From assembly GCA_030390025.1 (NCBI GenBank), contig CM059432.1, positions 25,050,001 to 25,114,000 on the forward strand: DNA of 64,000 nucleotides, read 5' to 3'. Below, piece after piece: positions 36,967 to 49,434 of the stretch (the stretch's first letter is position 1; each line of letters starts with the position of its first letter). The translations under genes and the position numbers were made by a program. The notes under the pieces were generated by a model. That model saw only the letters and a list, made by a program, of their open reading frames with translations. It did no database searches and was not told the origin of the DNA. The stretch is from Squalus acanthias. Lineage: Eukaryota.

Positions 36967-39224
36967 AATATAAACATGTGCTACTCTGGCTTTATACAGA
37001 TTAAACTGAGGATGGTGAATGGCACAATGAAAAGAAAAGCACTGTTGGAACCCTACTTCAACTGTCTCATTCACAATTACTAAATGAATCATCCAGTCGG
37101 CTCAAACTGCAACCAGCCACAGCTCCATTAGTATGTAGTCTACTGACACTTCACAGCATTCAAATTACATTTTCCTTTTGTCAGTGGATTGATCTCAACA
37201 TTCAGAAACATCTTTTTACAAAGCGCCATTGGATAATGACACCGTAGGTGTCACTTCAGTGTGCCTATTCTCATTTCTGTTTTTTGTTCAGCCTCTACTA
37301 GACATTTTATATTATAGGTATGCTGACATCTAGGACAGTACCCAAGATGTAAAGTGATTCTGGATCATTTGCATTGTATTTTTGTCCTCCGTAGAAGGCA
37401 GGACCCTTTTATTGCCTAAAATGCTTTGGATTCAGCTCAGTTAGAGATTTGAAAAAAATAGCAATGATTGGGATGATGAAAGTGGAGATGCCAGAGATAA
37501 AAGTTAAAAGAGCCTCAGATACTAAAGTGGCAGATAATGCAAGTTGAGACTCGATGCTTATTTCTTTTGTTTAGTGGGAAACCTACTTAAAGACCTAAGT
37601 CAGGATGCCAACTAGGTTGTGAAGAATTGGAAACAAGACGCCAAGCTTGGGTTTTCAAATGCCCATACATTCTAGGAGGAAGGAAAGGCATTTCACAGTC
37701 TTGACGTCCTGGGAAAGAATGAGAGAGGAGGGATGAATTCAACAAAAGGAAGATGCAACAAAGAGGAAGCATATTTAAGATGACAAACTGGAGCTTAGAA
37801 AATGGCAGTGGAACAGGCATAGATAATTAAATACTCTATGCAACACTATGAATCCAATTGTGTTAGGATCATGAGACTGGTATGTGTGGAACACTACCAG
37901 TCTCAGTTGATTAATGGAAATTTTATGTTAAATTGGCGTCCTGGAATTTTCATGGAATTACCTTCAATGGTTAAAGAGAAATATCAGATCTTTCTCTTGA
38001 AAATGTTGCCTCTGTCTATTCACCTCTCTAAGGAAATAAATTGCATTGGCTCCATGACCGTGTAACTTCTTTATGTTGCATTGGAAGCAGCAGGGTCAAT
38101 TTGTCAAACTAACCTTTCTCATCTATCTATGTAAAGGTTTTGAGATCTTCCATTATACTTCAGGTGTCACACTCCAGAAGTCTACTTCAGATGCCACAAG
38201 TGTATAAAAAGAAGTTAGAAATTCCGATGGTGCACTTTCCCATGACCTATTCCCAAATTTCAATGACCTAACCAGAGCAGGGAAGGTAAGATGCTCACCA
38301 TGCTCTCCCATAATTCCTTGTCCACTATAAGCACCACACTCAAGTACCTGAGCTGGAACTAGTTAATCAGTGACTTTGCAGAAAAAAACCACGGAAAGAT
38401 GCAGACCAGTACAGTAGCACATTCAAACAACTGCAAGGTGGCTGCTGCACTAGGACATGCAGCAGGTCCCCCGGCAAGGCTGATGGAAGCTCAGACATCT
38501 GGCCTTAAGGCTTTAAGTGATAGACCAGAAAGTGTGATGAATCATGGCTTCCAGTCTATTGCTGAGGCATTAAGATACTTGACGACTGCCATTGTTCCAG
38601 CTATCAGGCTGCTGATTGGGACAGTAGATCAAGACCACAGTGGCATGCAGGTAGTGTGCACCTGTACATGGCTGGCTGCGTGAAGCAGCTCTGGATCTCC
38701 CTCCTATGAGGTAGACAGTAGCAGCCCTGGTCCAGGCCATCAGCATGGACCGACCACGGACACACGCCTCATCAGCTCGGCATCTTTCCACCACGCTCCA
38801 CCTTTTTGGTCTTGAGTTTCTGGGGAAGGACGCAAGGGAGCAGCTGGGTGAAGGCTCGTCTAGGTGCCGGGGCCAAGCGGCATGCTTCAAGGGCGTAATG
38901 GGAATTTAATTCCTGTCTCTAAGACTCCTCCTTCTCCACCTTGGTTGCAGCTGCCTTGCTGAAAGATTGTGACCATCACTGTCATGTCCCATTTGTTCGA
39001 TGTACAGCCACCCAGTGGTCTGGGTGGGGCAGGGGGAGGTGTTGCCTAGACCCAGCTTCTAATCCTCGCAATGCTCTAATTGGTCCCTGGAGCAAACCGG
39101 GTCCAAGCCCAAACAAGCTATGTGGAGGGCGGTATAGCTCAGCTTTCTTGGCATATAAACCTCCCATCAGGTCCCCACCTGAATTCCCATCCCCCTCTCT
39201 CTCCCTAGTTTCTCTCCCAAAGCA

Positions 39225-41360
39225 CACCATGCCTTCTCAAGTTCTTATCCATGAGAACCACCTCCTGCTTCCTTGACCCCATTCTTACTAAACTGCTGAC
39301 CATCCAAATTTCTTTCCTAGCTCCCGTGCTAACTGACGTTTCAAAGGGTGCTCTCTCCTCAGGGACTGACCCTCTTCCTTCAAAACTGCCATCATTACTA
39401 CCCTCCTACCTATATATCCTTGCAAATGTCCGCTCCATCTCCATCTATGGCCGGAATTTTACCGGCGCTCAGAGTGTGGGCTTGGAGGCGGGTCCGCTGT
39501 CAAAATCACAAAGATTGACAGCGGGTCCTTGTCAGTTTCCCAAGTGTCGGGTCTGTCATCCCTGAACAGACCCAACAGCAAGCGGCGGGTCAGCCAATTT
39601 AGGTAGTTAAAAGCTTATTAAAAGGTAGTAAAGCACCATTTTCCCATGTACTTACCATTTTACCAGGTTTTTAATGAGGTTCCCGGAGAGCGGGTGTCAC
39701 GTCAGGTAAGTAGGTCGGATGTTGTGTCAGCATGGAATGATTTACTAACCTGATAGCTGCAAATGTTCTATAAAAGCTCCCATTTCATAGGTCTTCACTT
39801 TCCAAGGTTAGAGCTGTTGCTTACTGCATTTGGAAGACAGATTGAGCTTTATGCAGGTTGCAAGTATTTGGAGCAAACTCTCTATCCAGTGTCACCTCAT
39901 TGAAACAACCTCTCTCACCATTGACACATCGCTTCTGTCATCTCATCCTCACCTGCCATCTATTCCATCAGCATCGGTGCCCTTGAAGAAATCTCAACTT
40001 GGTCCTCAGAATCCCACCACGATCAGCCCCAACACCAGCTTCACCGGGCACACCAGCAGCACTAACATCCACACCAACCTTCTCTGCAATCAACTGATGC
40101 TGCACAGGACACAGGGCATCAGCACCCGTGCACTTTGCTGCCCAGGACGCCAGTGATGGACTCACCATGTCCAGATTGACTTCACTTGACGCTGTACACC
40201 CTGGCTGCCACATGATGCACCAGGTTGGCACCACCCAACACCAGCACCATAAAGCATCCCTACAATGTCCAAGCCATTCCTTTCACACTCATCAACATTG
40301 GGAGGGGGGGGATGTTATGTCTCACCATTCACCTGAACTCATTAAGACACTTCCAAAGGTGCACACAAATCTGTCCAAGAAGGCAAAGTGTTGAAAATAA
40401 AGATTTCAATGCTTGGCAACACAGTAACAGAAACTTTACACGAACATTGGCTAAAGCACACAAGTGCCTACCCTTGTGTATTGTTAGTTTGAATGATTGG
40501 ACTAGGATGAGGGTGAGTATGAGGGGTGGTTAGTGAGATGGGGAAGTGATAATGTAGATAGAGAGGGATGAGTGGAGGTGCAAGGTAAGTTGGTGTGAGT
40601 AGGGATGTGCAGGAGTAGGGTAGGGAAGGCAGAGTGATGGGGATGTGATGAGTGGCACAGCAGGATGAGGTTGAGTCTGGCTTTGCAGTAATGTTTTGTG
40701 ATCTACTGAGATCACAGAAACGTTTGAGCCACTGCAGCCTGGTCCTCCTGACAACATCCCTGCTTGTGTCCTCCTGTGCAATGTGCAACCAGGCTGCGTT
40801 GGTCTCCTGGGGAGGTCTCTTCCACCATGGGAAGGAAAGAGAACCTCCCTGTGTGCTGTGACTCCCTCCATAAGCATATGAAGGGAGTCATGCGAAAGCC
40901 TGGGTGCAGCTGGCCACCTTTGTGCAGGGCTTGTCAATGTTTGCAGCACCTCAATGCTGCAGAACACTGACAGCACAACTGTCAAAATGAATGTGGCCGT
41001 GGTCCCTTTAAGGAAACCGGCTGATTACGCGTCATCATATGACGTCATCAGATCCGTTTCCTATTAATTGGCTGGGAACCTCGCAAGGCGGGCTTAACAA
41101 GCCCCATGAACAGAAAATCATGTTGGAGGCTGGGATTGAGACAGATGCGGGGTCCCCATACACCACGGACATTGCCCGCCACAGACCCGCCGAGGTTGGA
41201 AAAATCCAGCCCTATGTGTTTAAATCCCTTCATGGCCTTGCCTCTTCCTATCTCAGTCAACTTCTCCAGCCCTACAGCCCCATCAGTACTCTTCATTCCT
41301 CCGACACCCAGGCCCCACACTCTGGAATTCTCTCCCTAAACCTCTCCACCTCTCTCTCTC
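39225..41360 (+). mobile_element. Decayed L2 LINE pieces (39225-39447, 41213-41360, resuming ~46991-47030)
   Basis: TTSCFLDPILTKLL and FKSLHGLASSYLSQLLQPY; the 3' part matches the L2 at 61390-61838. Confidence 0.7.
39448..41212 (-). mobile_element. Harbinger deletion derivative retaining the Myb/SANT exon (copy A)
   Basis: TIR GGCCGGAATTTT / AAAATCCAGCC; frameshifted AAPRLSHDSLHMLMEGVTAHREVLFP...WLHIAQE...RRTRLQWLKRFCDL at ~40700-40930. Confidence 0.85.
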
Positions 41361-41840
41361 TAAGAGTTTAGTGTAGTGGTTATGGTACTGGAGTAGTAAT
41401 CCAGAGGCCTGGACTAATAATTCAGAGAATCTGTCCGGAATTTTGAGGGGGGTCAGCGGGTGCGATCAGTGGCAGGTCGGGTGGGAAAGTGATTTTTTTC
41501 CCCAGCGGGTCGGGACCCCGCTGGGAACCTGCCGCCGTGCGCCTTTCCCAATGTCAGGTCTGTCAGCGCTGAGCAGACCCGACACGCATCAACGGGGGAC
41601 CCAATTCAGGTAATTCATGGCTTGTTTAGAGCCACTTAAGAATGATTTTCAGCTTACCGTGTCCATTTGACAGCTCGCCCACGGGGACCACGCTGGTCAT
41701 GGACTACGTCTAGCAAGCTGAGGCGGGAGTTCAGCAGACATTTAATCAGTTGACAGCTTCAAATTTAAGTAAAAGCTCCACCATACAGAGATATCTTCCC
41801 TCAGCCACAAGTTCTTCGTCACTGCATTTCTACAACAGAA

Positions 41841-42792
41841 GATTGGGCCCCAGCTATTCACAATCTATAATCAATGATTTGAATGAGGGGACTAAATGTA
41901 ACATTTCCAAATTTGCTGATGATACAAAGCTAGGTGTCAGTGTCAGTTGTGAAGAGGCTTCAAGGGGCTCTCGACAGGTTCAGTGAGTGGGCGAGAACAT
42001 GGCAGATGGAATATAATGTGGATAAATATGAAGTTATCCACTTTGGTAGAAAAAACAGAAAGGCAGAGTATTTCCAAAATGGTGAAAGATTGGGGAATGC
42101 AGATGCTCAAAGGGACCTGGGTGTCCTGAAAGTGAATGTGCAGGTGCAGCAAGCCATTAGGAAGGCAAATGGTTTGCTGGCCTTCATTACAAGAGGATTT
42201 GAGTACAGGAGTAAAGAAGTCTTACTCCAATTATATAGGGCCTTGGTGAGACCACACCTGGAGTACTGTGTACAATTTTGGTCTCCTTACCTAAGGAAGG
42301 ATATACTTGTCATAGAGGGAGTGCAACAAAGGTTCACGAGATTGATTCGTGGGATGGCGGGACTGTCGTATGACAAGAAATTGAGTAAACTAGGCCTGTA
42401 TTCTCTAGAATTCAGAAGAATGAGAGGGGATCTCATTGAAGCATACAAAATTATTACAGGGCTTGATAGGGTGGATGCTGGGAGAATTTTTCCCTTGGCT
42501 GAGGAGTCTAGAACCAGGGGTAGGCCATTCAGGACTGAGATGAGAAGAAATTTCTACACACAGAGGGTGGTGAATCTTTGGAATTCTCTACCCCAGAGGA
42601 CTGTGGAGGCTCAGTCATTGGGTATATTCAAAACAGAAGTCAATAGATTTCTGACTAGTAAAGGCATCAAGGTATATGTTGATAGGGCCGTTGAATGGAG
42701 TTGAGGCAGAAGATCAGCCATGATCTCATTGAATGGCGGAGCAGGCTCGAAGGGCCGAATAGCCTACTCCTGCTCCTATTTCTTATGTTCTT
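41841..42792 (+). mobile_element. 5'-truncated CR1, same subfamily as 3085-4941
   Basis: ORF 41934-42704; 3' UTR and TTCTTATG tail. Confidence 0.93.
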
Positions 42793-42907
42793 ATTCACCA
42801 TGCTGCAAGTCTTTACACAAGTCTCCATCCAGTATGACCTCATTACCTCTCCCACCAGTGACAGATCACTTCTGTCATCTCTACTTCACCTGCCATCTAT
42901 TCCATCA

Positions 42908-45442
42908 TGAGTCCGGATCACGTCATGTATCGTGACATAAACCCAAGATCCCGGTTGAGACCGTCTTCATGAGTGCGGAACTTGGCTATCAGTTTCTGCT
43001 CGATGATTTTGCGTTGTCGTGTGTTTCTAAGGTTGCCTTGGAGAACGCTTACCCGCAGATCCGAGGCTGAATGTCCTTGACTGCTGAAGTGTTCCCCGAC
43101 TGGGAGGTAACAATCCTGCCTGGCGATTGTTGCGCGGTGCTCGTTCATACGTTGTCTCAGTGTCTGCATGGTGTCGCCGATGTACCATGCCGCGGTGCAT
43201 TCTTTCCTGCAACGTATGAGGTAGACAACGTTGGCCGAGTCACATGAGTATGTACCATGTACCTGGTGGGTAGTGTCCTCACGTGTGATGGTGGTATCTG
43301 TGTTGATGATCTGGCATGTCTTGCAGAGTTTGCCATGGCAGGGTTGTGTGGTGTCGTGGTCGCTGTTATCCTGAAAGCTGGGTAATTTGCTGCGAACGAT
43401 GGTACTTCTGAGGTTAGGCGGCTGTTTGAAGGCAAGTAGTGGAGGCGTGGGGATGGCCTTAGCGAGGTGTTTGTCGTCATCGATGACATGTTGAAGGATG
43501 CGAAGAACATGGCGTAGTTTCTCCGCTCCGGGGAAGTACTGGACGACGTAGGGTACCCTGTTGGTTGTGTCCCGTGTTTGCCTTCTGAGGAGGTCTATGC
43601 GATTTTTCGCTGTGGCCCGTCGGAACTGTCGATCGATGAGTCGAGCGTCATATCCCGTTCTTACGAGGGCGTTTTTCAGCGTCCGTAGGTGTCCATCGCG
43701 TTCCTCCTCGTCTGAGCAGATCCTGTGTATTCGCAGGGCTTGTCCATAGGGGATGGCTTCTTTAACATGGTTTGGGTGGAAGCTGGAGAAGTGGAGCATC
43801 GTGAGGTTGTCCGTGGGCTTGCGGTAGAGTGAAGTGCTGAGGTGTCCGTCTTTGATGGAGATTCGTGTGTCCAGGAATGAGACTGATTCTGAGGAGTAGT
43901 CCATGGTGAGTTTGATGGTGGGATGGAACTTGTTTATGTTATCGTGTAGTCTTTTCAGTGATCCTTCGCCATGGGTCCAAAGGAAGAAAATGTCGTCGAT
44001 GTATCTGGTGTACAGCGTTGGCTGGAGGTCCTGTGCAGCGAAGAAGTCTTGCTCGAACTTGTGCATGAAGATGTTGGCGTATTTGGGTGCGAATTTGGTC
44101 CCCATGGCTGTTCCGTGTGTTTGGGTAAAAAAATGGTTGTCGAAGGTGAAGACATTGTGGTCAAGGATGAAGCGGATGAGTTGTAGGATGGCGTCTGGAG
44201 ATTGGCTGTTGTTGATGTTGAGTACTGAGGCTGTTGCAGCGATGCCGTCATCGTGGGGGATACTGGTGTAGAGTGCCGATACGTCCATCGTGGCAAGGAG
44301 TGTTCCTGGTTCAACTGGTCCGTGGGTGCTGAGTTTCTGTAAGAAGTCTGTAGTGTCGCGACAGAAGCTGGGGGTTCCCTGTACGATGGGTTTCAGAATG
44401 CCCTCGACGTATCCAGAGAGGTTCTCACACAGGGTTCCATTGCCTGATACGATAGGACGTCCGGGTGTGTTGGCTTTGTGTATCTTTGGGAGGCAGTAGA
44501 AGTCTCCCACGCGGGGAGTACGTGGGATGAGAGCGCGTAGGATGTTTTGAAGGTCTGGATCGAAGGTCTTGATCAGTCTATTGAGTTGGCGGGTGTGTTC
44601 TTTGGTCGGATCTGCGGGTAGCTGTCTGTAGTGTTCCTGGTTGTCCAGTTGTCGGTATGCTTCTTTACAATAGTCCGTTCTGTTCTGTATGACGATGGCT
44701 CCTCCTTTGTCCGCTGGTTTGATGACAATGTTGCGGTTGGTCTTGAGAGCGTGGATGGCGTTGCGTTGTGCTCAGGTAACATTCTGGACTGTCTTGTGAG
44801 TGCGGCTGATGAATCTGGCGTTGATGCATCTCCTGACAGCTTGAGCATACATGTCAAGCTTGGGGCAGCGACCCTCCGGAGGGGTCCAGTTTGACTCTTT
44901 TTTCTTCGGTTGCTGCACTGCGAGTCCCTCTGTCTGCTGTTCTGGATCATTGATTGTCTCATTGGGTTTGTTGCTGACATCTTGGGATTTGTGGAAGTAT
45001 TCCCGGAGCCTCATTCTCCTGATGAATTCCTCCGTGTCTGCCGCGAGACCGATGGGGTCCATTTTGGTGGTTGGGCAGAACTTGAGCCCTAGGGCGAGAA
45101 CTTTGATTTCGTCTGGTTGAAGGGTATGGTCGGACAAGTTGACGATGGACTTCCCTGTGGTTGCAGCCGTGGTACCGGGGGAGGCTTGGTTGCTGCTGGT
45201 GGTGATGCCGAGTTTCTCAAGCTTCCTCTTCTTGATGCGCATGTAGGCAGCGTAGTTCCGTTGCCTCGTCTGTTTGGTGGTGTCTCGTAACTGGTCTGCT
45301 GTGTCCTGAGCACAGGCTGAGAGCATGGACTCTATCTTGGTTTCGAGGTTGTGGCGTTTGCTGTAGAGCTGGTGTACGAGATGGTGGAGGAGTGTGCGAG
45401 AGGTACGACGGCAGAGTCTCTCAGCGTAGCTATTCATCAAGT
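42908..45442 (-). mobile_element. Penelope-like element (long ORF, 3' UTR absent)
   Basis: TSD ATCTATTCCATCA (42895-42907, 45443-45455); the empty site is visible in Harbinger copy A at ~39958-39970. Confidence 0.95.
42918..45440 (-). pseudogene. PLE polyprotein (RT plus GIY-YIG endonuclease), ~840 codons with one in-frame stop
   Basis: KPADKG, LPKIHK, GRPIVS, DVSALYTSI, GTAMG, RYIDD, VVYLIRC..WYIG. ORFs 44772-45440 and 42918-44510 are in frame across a single TGA at 44772-44774. Confidence 0.93.
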
Positions 45443-46166
45443 ATCTATTCCATCAGCATGGGTGCCCTTTATACTGTCTCACCTTGGTCCTCAGAATCCC
45501 ACCACGATCAGCCCCAACACCAGCAGCACCAGGCACACCAGCAGCACCAACTACACCACAAACTTTCTCCGCAATCACCTGATGCTGCGCAGGACAGAGG
45601 GCATCAGCACCCGACCACATTGCTGCCCAGGACGCCAGGGATGGCCTCACCATGGCCCAATTTACTTCACCTGAAGCTGTACACCCTGGCTGCCACATGA
45701 TGCGTCAGGTTGGCACCACCCCACACCAACACCATAAAGCATCCCTACAATGCCCAAGCCATTCCTTTCACCATTGCGGGGATACCATTATGTCTCACCA
45801 TTCACTGCAACTCACTAAGCCACTTCCAAAGGTGCACACAAATCCGTTGAAGAACGCAAAGTGTTGAAAGTGAAAGGTTTCAATGTTTGACACCACATTA
45901 ACAGAATCTTGACATGAACATTGGATAAAAGACCCAAGTTGCTACCCTTGTGTGTTGTTAATTGGTATGATTGCACTAGGATGAGGGTGAGTGTGAGGGT
46001 GGCTTGTGAGATGGGGAAGTGATAATGTAGATAGAGAGAGATGGCTGGAGGTGCAAGGTAAGTTAGTGTGAGTAAGGAGGCGCTGGAGTAGGGTAGGGAA
46101 GGCAGAGTGATGGGGATGTGATGAGAGGCACATGCGGATGAGGTTGAGTGTGTCTTTGTACTAACG

Positions 46167-46402
46167 TTCTGTGATCTAATGAGCTCATTGAAAGGTTTGC
46201 GGCACTGCACCCAGGTCCTCCTGACCATATCCCTGCTTGTGCCCTCCTCTGCAATGTGCAACCAGGCTGTGTTGATCTCCTGGGGAAGTCTCTTCCGCCC
46301 ATGGGAAGGGAAGAGGACCTCCCTGCGTGCTGTGACTCCCTCCATATGCATATGGAGGGAGTCATGGGCGAGCCTAGGTTCAGTCCTGCACCTTTGTGCG
46401 GT
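46167..46402 (-). pseudogene. Harbinger Myb/SANT-like DNA-binding protein, first coding exon
   Basis: EPRLAHDSLHMHMEGVTARREVLFPSHGRKRLPQEINTAWLHIAEE...RRTWVQCRKPFNELIR, followed by the donor-like GTTAGT. Confidence 0.8.
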
Positions 46403-47944
46403 GCTTGTCAGTGTTTGCAGCAACTCAATGCTGTAGAACACTGACAGCACAGATGTCAAACTAAATTTGGCCATGGTCCCTTTAAGGAAACCGGCTGATG
46501 ACGCATGATCAAATGACATCACCAGACCCACTTCCTGTAATTGGCCGGGAAACTCGCCCAATCAACAGAAAGTCATTTCACAGAGCGGGCTGGAGCCAGC
46601 AGTGGGGCCGCAACCCGCCACTGACCCGCCGAAGTGAGCAAAATCCCGGCCTTTGAGTTTAAATCCCACCATGGCAGTTTGAAAATTTGAATTTAGTTTA
46701 AAAAATCTGGAAATAAAATCTGGCATCAGTAATAGTGACCATGAAGCTGTTGTATTGTCGTAAAAACCCAACTGGTTCAGTAATGTACTTTAGGGAAGGA
46801 AATCTGTTGCCCTTACCCAATCTGGCCTATATGTGACTCCATGACTCTCTCTAAAGTGGTCTAGCAAACCACTCAGTTGTCTCAGACCTCAAGAAGAACG
46901 CCCATCACCACCTTCTCAGGGCAACTGGGGATGGGCCACAAATGCCATCCTTGCCAGCGACAGTCACATCCCGAGAATTAATTTTAAAAAGACCCTCTTT
47001 AAAACCTACCTCTGACCAAGCTTTTGTCACTCTTGTTTTATTACTGTGGTTTCTAACAGAAAGGGAACCCAGATAGTTTTCTTCCCCTCCCTAACAGAGG
47101 ATTTGTGAGATAAATTATTCAGAGTAGCAAAAGGGTGGTATAAGATCAGCTAAATAAGCGCACAATAGGGATCAAATCTGTCCTGTATAGTTCAGTTCCA
47201 TACGATGGGCAGTGCATTTAGCAACTAAACCATCAAAGAAGCCCATCGGGTGTTCTTTAATGGATCTATCGGCAACAATGACTCCTTCTTGTCATATATT
47301 CAGGCTTTTTTGATCTTTGCCGATAAGATGATTAACAATGTGCGTGAGCGTCTGATGTTGTTAAGTCCTCTAGATTTCTTAACACCATTTCTACTTGTTT
47401 TTGAACATACCAGTGCTCACATATTCAGTCTTTCTATTTTTTTGCTCAAACACATCTTAATTACTTCTATTCTCTTACTTAAATGTGAACTGCAGATTCT
47501 GCTGTGAAATCCCGCAGAGATCATGAGCTCTATGGTTTATTTTTCAGGTTTTTTTTTCCTGTTTCAGATTCCCAGTACCTGAAACTTTCTCTTTCTCTTT
47601 CAGATGCTAATTAACTCAGTGTTTATTTCTGGCACTTCCTATTTTTAATTGCGTTTCTGCTTTCTTTTTTTACTTTGATGGTGACCTGTGCCATCCCACT
47701 TCGTGACAGGAAGTGATGCTTGTTGAGCTTGCAATGCGGCTGCAATAAGAACATAAAGCAACTCTGACCACCCTATCGAGTGAGTTACAGGAATGATTTT
47801 GCAGGTGTTGTATACTTAAAGAAAAGTTTCCCTCATTTTAATTTCTTATCTGCTGTCCTGTGTTTAAGTTGCTAATTGATGCTGGCATGTGGTTGCTCAG
47901 GTACCAGCAGCTCTCAAGTGGTCATTCTTCATATATGAACCTGG

Positions 47945-49347
47945 ATAGCCTAACATCAGTAGTAAGGAAAATGCTAGAGTCTATTATAAAGGATGTGATA
48001 ACAGGACACTTAGAAAATATCAACGGGATTAGACAAAGTCAACATGGATTTATGAAAGGGAAATCATGTTTGACAAACCTACTGGAGTTTTTTGAGGATG
48101 TAACTGGTAGAATAGATAAGGGAGAACCAGTGGATGTGGTGTATTTGGATTTTCAGAAGGCCTTTGATAAAGTCCCACATAAGAGGTTAGTGTGCAAAAT
48201 TAAAGCACATGGGATTGGGGGTAATATACTGGCATGGATTGAAAATCGGTTAACAGACAGGAAACAGAGAGTAGGAATAAATGGGTCTTTTTCGGGGTGG
48301 CAGGCGGTGACTATTGGGGTACCGCAGGGATCAGTGCTTGGGCCCCAGCTATTCACAATATATATCAATGATTTGGATGAGGGAACCAAATGTAATATTT
48401 CCAAGTTTGCTGACGACACAAAACTAGGTGGGATTGTGAGTTGTGAGGAGGATGCAAAGAGGCTTCAAGGTGATTTAGATAAGTTGAGTGAGTGGGCAAA
48501 TACATGGCAGATGCAGTATAACGTGGATAAATGTGAAGTTATCCACTTCGGTAGGAAAAACAGAAAGGCAGGGTATTATTTAAATGGTGATAGATTGGGA
48601 AATGCTGATGTACAAAGGGACCTGGGTGTCCTTGTACACCAGTCACTCAAAGCAAACATGCAGGTGCAGCAAGCAGTTAGGAAGGCAAATGGTATGTTGG
48701 CCTTCATTGCAAGAGGATTTGAGTACAGGAGCAAGGATGTCTTAATACAGTTGTACATGGCCTTGGAGAGGCCACACCTGGAGTACTGTGTGCAGTTTTG
48801 GTTGCCTTACCTAAGAAAGGATATACTTGCCATAGAGGGAGTGCAGCGTAGGTTCACCAGACTGATTCCTGGGCTGGCAGGACTGTCGTATGAGGAGAGA
48901 TTGGGTCGACTAGGCCTGTATTCACTAGAGTTTAGAAGAATGAGAGGGGATCTCATTGAAACGTATAAAATTCTGACAGGGCTAGACAGACTGGATGCAG
49001 GGAGGATGTTTCCCCTGGCTGGGGGCTCTAGAACGAGGGGTCACAGACTCAGGATACGGGGTAGGACATTTAGGACTGAGATGAGGAGAAATTTCTTCAC
49101 TCAGAGGGTGGTGAACCTGTGGAATTCTCTACCACAGAAGGCTGTGGAGGCCAAGTCACTGAATATATTTAAGAAGGAGATAGATAGATTTCTATTCACA
49201 AAAGGCATCAAGGGGTATGGGGAGAGAGCGGGAATATGGTATTGAGATAGAGGATCAGCCATGATCATATTGAATGGCGGAGCAGGCTCGAAGGGCCGAA
49301 TGGCCTACTCCTGCTCCTATTTTCTTATGTTTCTTTCTATGTTTCTA
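47945..49347 (+). mobile_element. 5'-truncated CR1 with an uninterrupted RT frame
   Basis: ORF 47860-49245 is CR1 RT from SLTSVVRKMLE onward (the first ~29 codons are flank); 3' UTR and tail. Confidence 0.95.
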
Positions 49348-49434
49348 AAGCCCTTAATCAACTTTATTAGCTGGTTTTATTTCACTGCCCTTCAAACTTA
49401 ATTTAGCATGCTTGTTAAAACATTATAAAATCTA

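Larger units (their letters stand above)
41432..46651 (-). mobile_element. Harbinger deletion derivative retaining the Myb/SANT exon (copy B), carrying CR1 and PLE insertions
   Basis: TIR GTCCGGAATTTT / AAAATCCCGGCC; collinear with copy A once the inserts are removed. Confidence 0.85.
41368..46990 (+). mobile_element. tRNA-derived SINE split by Harbinger copy B (head 41368-41431, body/tail 46652-46990)
   Basis: Head TAGTGTAGTGGTTATGGTACTGG, resuming at TGAGTTTAAATCCC...; same family as 16580-16905 and 62650-62900. Confidence 0.75.

Noticed and set aside
38390..38910. Possible Harbinger ORF remnants (also ~52240-52900)
   Set aside because: No diagnostic motif or paired TIRs.
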